DNA from: Octopus vulgaris
Lineage: Eukaryota
Reading direction: 5' to 3'
Length of the DNA stretch: 64,000 nt
Assembly: GCA_951406725.2 (NCBI GenBank)
Contig: OX597818.1
Span: 45,322,001-45,386,000, forward strand
Shown here piece by piece: positions 55,960 through 64,000 of the stretch; the stretch's first letter is position 1, and each line of letters opens with the position of its first letter. The position numbers and the translations under genes are program-made. A model generated the notes under the pieces. The model ran no database searches and was not told the DNA's origin. It was given only the letters and a program-made list of their open reading frames with translations.

Positions 55960-58490
55960 GCAATTGCAATCGTAACAAATAGCGTTACATATAAATGTAC
56001 AGTTATGACGGAAACTAATAATTTTACTTATATCGGATGCTCTGCAGATATGGAAAAAAGGTTGGAATAACCACCTTTCATCTTTAGACTAAGACATAAA
56101 GCTATCAGTACATCATTATCAATGAAGATCTGGAAGCTCAAGGATAATAATATCAAATTCAATGTAAAGTGGGATATAATGCGTAGAGCTCAGCCATGCA
56201 CAAATAGCCGATATGGGTGTGGACTACGCTGTATGGAGATATATGAAATATTCAAGTACAGAGATAAAGATAACCTAATTGATAATAAATTAGATCTTAA
56301 GTTGTCACGCGTTCATAGTATTATCCGTACCTTTAAATACTTTAGAAGCAGTAAATGATAAATACCTCCAACTGTCTCTTTGAGGACATAAGTTACTCAC
56401 TGTGCCCTATCATTCATAGCTTACTTTTCGTAATATTATTGTTTTTTAGTGACCCTTAGCACATTTGTGTTCTAGTATTGTGTTATAGTGACCCTTAGCA
56501 CATTTGATCTTTTATGCGTAGCTAACTTCTTTATATAACTAACCATGATGTCTAGATAACTTGTTCTTCACCCAATTCGTTTATACCTTACACACTATAG
56601 CTCATCTGTCTAAATAGTGATTCTCCGTATAGTTAACTTTGTATCTTTACATATACTGAGTTTATACGTATACTGAGTTTATAACTCCATGGGTTAAGCA
56701 TTGTAACTACATAACAATTAATTTAACCTCATCTCCCTAGAATTAGCACTTCTTCATTAATAATTTGTTATTAATTCTTAATCTGGTATTTGTTTTTCTC
56801 ATCCAAATTTTAGTTATTTGTTGAATCATTGTAACTCATCTTAAATTTTGAAATAAATGTTTGGCACTCTTGAAATACCATTTTTCAAAATATTCTTTTT
56901 AACATATCGGCATTCACATTGCTGGTTAACTTTAATAATACTTATATAATCAACTAGATCAAGTATTCCTTTAATAATTCATACTTAAGGCACTCTCTCG
57001 TGATTTAACCAAATATAACCTTTGAGTTGAAATGATTATTCTATGATTTAAACTAGGAAATAATTATTTATAATTTAAATTGTTATAACTTAGAAAATTT
57101 AGACTCTATTAATACATTATGTATCTAAACATTTCCTAAATCAATTCCTTTCATATAAGGTTGATATAAAATATGCTTTTAGCTTTACTACTAGTGTTTT
57201 TTTAATATTTCGCACCTCCCATAAGTATAAACTATGTTCTCTAAGATCTGTCATTATTTTTTTATTTTTATGTATTTTTATTGTATACCTTACAAGCATT
57301 TGTAAAACTATTTTCACGTTTAGCTTTATTTGTATTAAATTCTGGTATATTTATTTCTCTCTCTCTCTTTCTCTCTCTCTTTCACTCTCAATTTATAATA
57401 AAAATCTTGCTATAATTTATATATATATATATATACCTTTATAATTATAAATATATATATTTTAATTATTTTTTATATTTTTTTAATATTTTTTATATAT
57501 CTTTTATATATGTCTTTAAAGATTATATACTTTTTACAGTTTATATTTTATAGACCTCATCGTATATCTTATGTTTAAATCATATATTTTAAATACATTA
57601 TATTCTTTAATAGCTTATAGGTCTAAATTCTAAATTTTCATATCTAATACACTTCTTTATATATTTTTAAAATATTTTTTCTTCACTTCATTCTAATAAT
57701 TTTAAATACAATTTATTCGTTACCTATATATCTAATTTCTAAATTTATTTTAATGGTGTAACATTAGAATTATGCTAAATTGTAATAGTCCCACTTTTTT
57801 CTATTGTGGATTTGATTACCACCCCTATTTTATTTTGTTTTAAAATTTTATTTCATCATTTCTCAAGGTCTTTCATACAGTAATAAACATAAGTAAATTC
57901 AACTTCCTCTATCTTTCTTCTCCTCACAATCACCCCCTCCTCATCAATCACTCCCCTATGCCGTGCCCATTTGCGAAGATTAAGCCGACACATAGTTCCA
58001 TCACTTTTATAATTTAGCAGGCTAACCTGACAATAATTGCTTTTCTCACCACTGACCAGTACACATAAACAACTTACTTATGATTAAAATCTAAACGATC
58101 GGAGCCGATCCTTCCTCTATTCTTAGAAGTTTAGATAATTGGATCACTTGTGTCAATTATCTCCTCCTGCTATAAACTCTAATAACCCCTAAATTCTTTT
58201 TTCTGACCAAATATACACCATTCTGATAATTTCGTTCTGTCAATTGAATAGTAGCAGAATCAATGTAAATATTTTGACTCCATAAATTTGTTAACTATGT
58301 TGGATAAGTTGAACTCTCTTTTATGTTTGAAGATCATGAATTCATCTGACGAAAACGGTTCTTTTACAATAATGAAATGTTCCTATTAATTAAATAAAGG
58401 AGTCGCTAGAAACGGACGTAATGAATTGTTACCTGTACCTTTTTGTTATTCACCTATCCTGGAATCTACGCATCGTAAATATTTTAGACA
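55960..58490 (+). mobile_element. Penelope-like remnant (Naiad-like GIY-YIG) with a long AT-rich 3' region ending in a hammerhead
   Basis: VTYKCTV..TYIG, frameshifted WNNHLSS, STSLSMKIWKLKDNNIKFNVKWDIMRRAQP...CGLRCME at 55975-56358. Linkage to the hammerhead 2 kb downstream is inferred. Confidence 0.65.
58339..58427 (+). ncRNA. Type I hammerhead ribozyme with extended stem II
   Basis: aattcat CTGACGA aaacggttctttta...taaaggagtcgct a GAAAC ggac GTA atgaatt. Confidence 0.78.
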
Positions 58491-58508
58491 GTATGTTTAA
58501 TATAAAGT

Positions 58509-58799
58509 CACCGTGACCGACCAGATGTTGCTACACATCGCTGGTCACAATGCGCTTCGCATTGTTTTAACCTTCAAATGACACCGTCCCGCTGGCTAAG
58601 CGAGCAGGCAAACAGAAGAAAGATTGAGAGAAAGTTGTGGCGAAAGAGTACAGCTGGGATCGCCACCACCCCGTGCCGGAGCCTCGTGAGCTTTAGGTGT
58701 TTTCGCTCAATAAACACTCACAACGCCCAGTCTCGGAATAGAAACTGCGATCCTACAACCACGAGTCCGCTGCCCTAACCACTGGGCCATTGCGCCTCC
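58509..58799 (-). mobile_element. Full-length SINE family C with 16-bp TSD
   Basis: TSD atgtttaatataaagt at 58493-58508 and 58800-58815. Confidence 0.88.
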
Positions 58800-59759
58800 A
58801 TGTTTAATATAAAGTACATGTCTGAATAGCTAAGAGCGGATTTCTTCACTCAGCTGGGTCTTATTATTTGGAAGCCTAGTACTTATTCTATCGGGCTCTT
58901 TTTGCCGAACCGCTAAGTTACGGGGACGTAAACACACCAAGTGATGTTGTGTGGGCAAACATACATATATACGACGAGCTTCTTTCAGTTTCCGTCTGTC
59001 AAATCCACTCACAAGGCTTTGGTCGGCCCGAGGCTATAGTAGAAGACACTTGCCCAATATGCCACGCTGTGGAACTGAACCAGGAATATATATATATATA
59101 TATACATATATATATACATATATATATATATATACATATATATATACATATATATACACATATACACACAGTTATATATATAAATGTATATAGTTAAAAT
59201 GATAGATCGACAGATATAGACAGACAGATAGACAGACAGATTCAGAAAATATACAACCTCACTGTAACGATTAATTTCATCTAGATTAAGGTTGAGTGAT
59301 ACCTTATAAAGTGGAAAACGCAATTCTTCTACATGCCTTCAATTAGAAGTCTTAATTTTAATTATATTTCAGGGAAAGTCTAAATATGCATTATTTACAT
59401 TCATCGTGATGTGTTACGTAGTGTCACTGGAATATGCGAGAGTTGAGTCAATCGATAAAATCGCCTCCAGCTTACAAAGTGTGAGTCGTAGCTTGTAAAA
59501 TAACCAACATTCTCACTTAGCTCAGAAAATTAAGTGTTACTCACCAGATAAATTAATGAAAAGCGCATGGATTCTGGCGATGGACATAAATGATTTTTTT
59601 TTACAGGAAATATAAACTGTGCCTTGTGGGTAATGTTTAAAAAAAAGGGAAAGTAGTTATAAATAAATATTTAACTACATACATATATGTGAATACCTGT
59701 TCTTGCAATCGCGTATGCATTTATATATATATGCGTGTGTACTTGTATGTATTGATATA

Positions 59760-60495
<736 letters not shown>

Positions 60496-61080
60496 CCCAT
60501 TCACGTTCCATTACTTTATTGATCTGCAGAAACATGGTATTGCTTTACACTAGAATGACAACGGATTTGGTTTAAACATATTTAACTGACTGAAACGATG
60601 AAAATAATCACCGTTTCCGAGTGTTTCACATGCCAAAAAATCTAGTTAATACATTTCTTCCTTTTATTGTCAGATAAAGCTTAATTCTTTAACATATGTG
60701 CGGAAAGGTTTGACAGGATCCAACCAGTCAAAGCACTGCATTGCAATCCACTGGATGCTTGTTTTCATGTCACCATCTCTAATGAGGTCACCATGCAGCT
60801 TGCAAGACTATGAACCTTAAGAGAAACAGCTTTATGCCAGGAGATGAGAGAAGGGGCCTGAACTTTGTATGTGTGCTCCAAAAAATAAGGTTGTCCTGAA
60901 ATTGAAGTTGTGGTCCCATTGGTATTATTCCAAATTTATAATAATAATATTATAATTGATACTGTTTGGTTTGCAAAGTGTAAAATAAAAAAAAATTGTG
61001 AAGTGTAAAATAGTAAATATCCTGATAACCTGGAATAATTATTATTCACGAAGTTTTTTTTTAATATTCATATATATATA

Positions 61081-61310
61081 GGGAGAGTTTACGAAAAAGC
61101 AAAAGACGAACACAGGTGATGTACAAAAGAAACAGATGTATTAGTATAACGCTCAGGGATAGAAAAAGTCTTTTACGTTTCGAGCCTACGCTCTTCTACA
61201 GAAAGGGACACAGAAAAAACAAGGAGAGAAACAAGAAGAGAAAAAAACGAAAGAAAAAAAGGAGAGAAAAAATGTGTGTAGTGGCTAACCATCTATTATG
61301 GCATCATATA
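61081..61310 (-). mobile_element. PLE-like mini-element in (TA)n with CUGUAGA hammerhead-like motif (61170-61205)
   Basis: cttt CTGTAGA a gagc gtag gctc GAAAC GTA aaag; layout parallels 29788-29995. Confidence 0.62.
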
Positions 61311-62027
61311 TATATATATGTCCCTTTTTTGTATCACCTAACAAAAGACTTTAAGGATCAATTCTATAATCTATAAATATGATAACGGAAACAGTGTGTG
61401 AGTAATATTTTTTTATTCAAATAGCAAGTCGTTCGGTGTCTATCATGTAACCATTAAACAACAAACTGGTCTCTAGCAAGATAAAGATTACATTAGCAGC
61501 AGCTATTTCTGACTCCAGCCAATAATGCAGCTAGCTCTAATCACTCCTACGCATAATAATATGATTAGTCTTAGGATAATTGGTTTCATTCTTAAACTGG
61601 GAGATTCAGTATGAAAATTATTTCAGAACCAGATGCTGGGGAGTTATATTTTATGCCAAATATATTGATAAGTAAATATTGGCAACATTTTATTCATTAA
61701 CTTTACTTTTGGAAGAGAATCATTTTAATCATAATTCTTTTGCATGAAAGATATAATGTCTGATATCTTTGGAGCGCTGTTGTTACAATGATGTATATAA
61801 TACGTTTTATCAAACGCAATATTTAAATTCTAATACGAGCATTCCTTGCTTTCACGTGACGAGTGTCGGAATCTTGTGTGAATATCTTCATTTGTATAAT
61901 CATGCAGCCAGGTGAAAATATTTCAGTGAAAACATTTCTTTCAGTTTATACAAATAATTAAAAGAAAACTCTAGTATATTGAATATATCTCTGATCTACT
62001 TGAAATGACCAGTAGTATATAATATAT

Positions 62028-62236
62028 ACTCTTTTACTCCTTTACTTGTTTCAGTCATTTGACTGTGGCCATGCTGGAGCAGCGCCTTTAGTCGAGCAAA
62101 TAAGACCCCAGGACTTATTCTTTGTAAGCCTAGTACTTATTCTATCGGACTCAGTTGCCGAACCGCGAGGTTACGGGGACGGTAAACACACCAGCATCGG
62201 TTGTCAAGCGATTTTGTGGGGACAAACACAAACACA

Positions 62237-62316
<80 letters not shown>

Positions 62317-62485
62317 TATATATACGACTTCTTTCAGTTTCCGTCTACCAAATCCATTCACAAGGCTTTGGTCGGCCCGAGGCTGTAGTAGAAGACACTT
62401 GCCCAAGGTGCCACGCATTGGGACTGAACCCGAAACCGTGTGATTGGTAAGCAAGCGAGTTACCACACAGCCACTCCTACGCCTA
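62028..62485 (-). mobile_element. Full-length SINE family A
   Basis: Reverse complement of the 3021-3451 type. Confidence 0.85.
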
Positions 62486-62624
62486 TATATTAAATATAAA
62501 TTATTTACCTTTCATATACGTTGGTATTTTAAAGATACCTTTTGGTCACGAGAGCGATTGAATTTAAAGCTGAAATATGGATTGTATATTTTTAAATATC
62601 TTTTTCTTGAAACACACACGCACG

Positions 62625-62707
<83 letters not shown>

Positions 62708-62874
62708 ATTTTATTATATAGAAGGACACAGGACTAGTACTGTTTCATTCAAGAGAAATCTTCAGGAAACTGAAGATTTCTCACACACACTGTAAACTCC
62801 TTCTATATAATAAATTAATTTTACTATGTATTGAGTACCTTACTTACTGTGGTTAACCCCGAATCAACCCGGGA

Positions 62875-62919
<45 letters not shown>

Positions 62920-62924
<5 letters not shown>

Positions 62925-64000
62925 TAGAAGTTGAAAATGTACTGAGAATAGTTAAAGAATTTTCCTTATTATATTTAAAGATTTAACCGGTTTCGCAGTT
63001 TACACTGATTTTCAAAAAGTTGAAATAAAGAGACGCGACTTATCATGCAGTTGTCTTGCTTCTGACTAGTGTTTGAAGCTTGCCCTATTTTTATAGGGAA
63101 TTCATGGCTCAAATTAGTATATGCTTTGAATAGGATTTGATTGGTAGAGGATAGTCACAAGACTAGTCTTAGAAATTTTTATAGATTACCCGCTACGTTT
63201 GCGCGTTTGTATCAAGTTACAATGTTTGGCATCGTAAGTTAAGACTGACATGGTTGACTAAACGTGTCTAAACAATCAATGTTCTGACTGTTTTCATTCA
63301 AGTGTTTCTAGAGAATGAACACGTGATAAAGTTTAGAACCATTTGTACGTTTCCCGCTAAGTCCGTGCGTCAGTGTCACATGACAGTATGTTTTGCGCCT
63401 AAAAAGAAGGCCGACACAATTGAGTGAACATGTTTAGTTACAATAAAGGCTCCCTAAATTTAATGTGTCTGGTGAGAGAGTGGACAGGGGTCGTTTGCAT
63501 GTAGTACAGTGACTAAAGTTTAGGTTGTTAGTTGTGTAAGTTCCTCATGTTAAGTGCTAGAATGAATGTTGTGTGTGAATAGTTATTTGTGTATGTACTC
63601 TGTTAAAGTTTGTTAAGTCATGGTTTGCACTTTTGTATGAAAATATTTTCTGTGTTTATCGTGCCTCATCTATGATATTCTCTGAACATAAGTAGAGTGG
63701 GAAGATCTGGAATTTGGGGGACTTATTTTTTGCACACATGTCTACGTCCATTCAGTGGAATCAGTCTAGTACTGGGTCACGTATTTGTTGTTGGTGAATG
63801 GTCAGTCTGTTTCTTAGAGTAATCTTTGTTTGACCTATATAATCTTCATTACATCCTTGACATTTGATAGAGTATATTAAATTCCTCGAAGAACATGTAA
63901 TGTGATTTTTTACGATAAAAATCTGTCCTGATTTGAATTTGTATGTTATGCCTTCAATAAGGTTGATGTAAGTCTTGCAATTGGAGTGGCCACACTTTTT
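62920..64000 (-). mobile_element. Neptune-type Penelope-like element 3' end (GIY-YIG endonuclease + pLTR), runs off the window
   Basis: From 64000: KKCGHSNCKTY...ITCSSRNLIYSIKCQGCNEDYIGQTKITLRNRLTIHQQQI; later ENIFIQKCKP*LN; decayed hammerhead (cagtgtaaactgc GAAACCGGTT) near 62985-63015; ends in (TA)n. Confidence 0.85.

Overview
AT-rich, microsatellite-saturated animal genomic DNA with no supportable host gene exon. The repeat families resemble those of octopus or another coleoid cephalopod; this is inferred from memory, not from a search. Nearly all ORFs in the supplied track are microsatellite artefacts. The real content is nested mobile DNA: (1) several tRNA-derived SINE families; (2) non-LTR retrotransposon pieces, including an uninterrupted R4/Dong-type 3' half in (TAA)n, a second R4-type family, Tx1/L1, HERO-like, CR1-group and I-group remnants; (3) a 1.86-kb ORF1-only L1/Tx1-like element; (4) Penelope-like (PLE) GIY-YIG remnants; (5) non-autonomous Helitrons; (6) a Merlin-like MITE carrying (TTAGGG)n; (7) pogo/Tigger and mariner remnants; (8) several long foldback palindromes. 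Two patterns stand out. First, about 12 type I hammerhead ribozyme motifs sit in small PLE-derived elements. One has a retrozyme-like 546-nt unit running cleavage site to cleavage site, and one family has a non-canonical CUGUNGA core. Second, a Tx1-like LINE, the ORF1-only element and an abundant SINE share one non-poly(A) 3' tail, and that SINE repeatedly joins at the same position inside its own head. Coordinates and alignments were read by eye.
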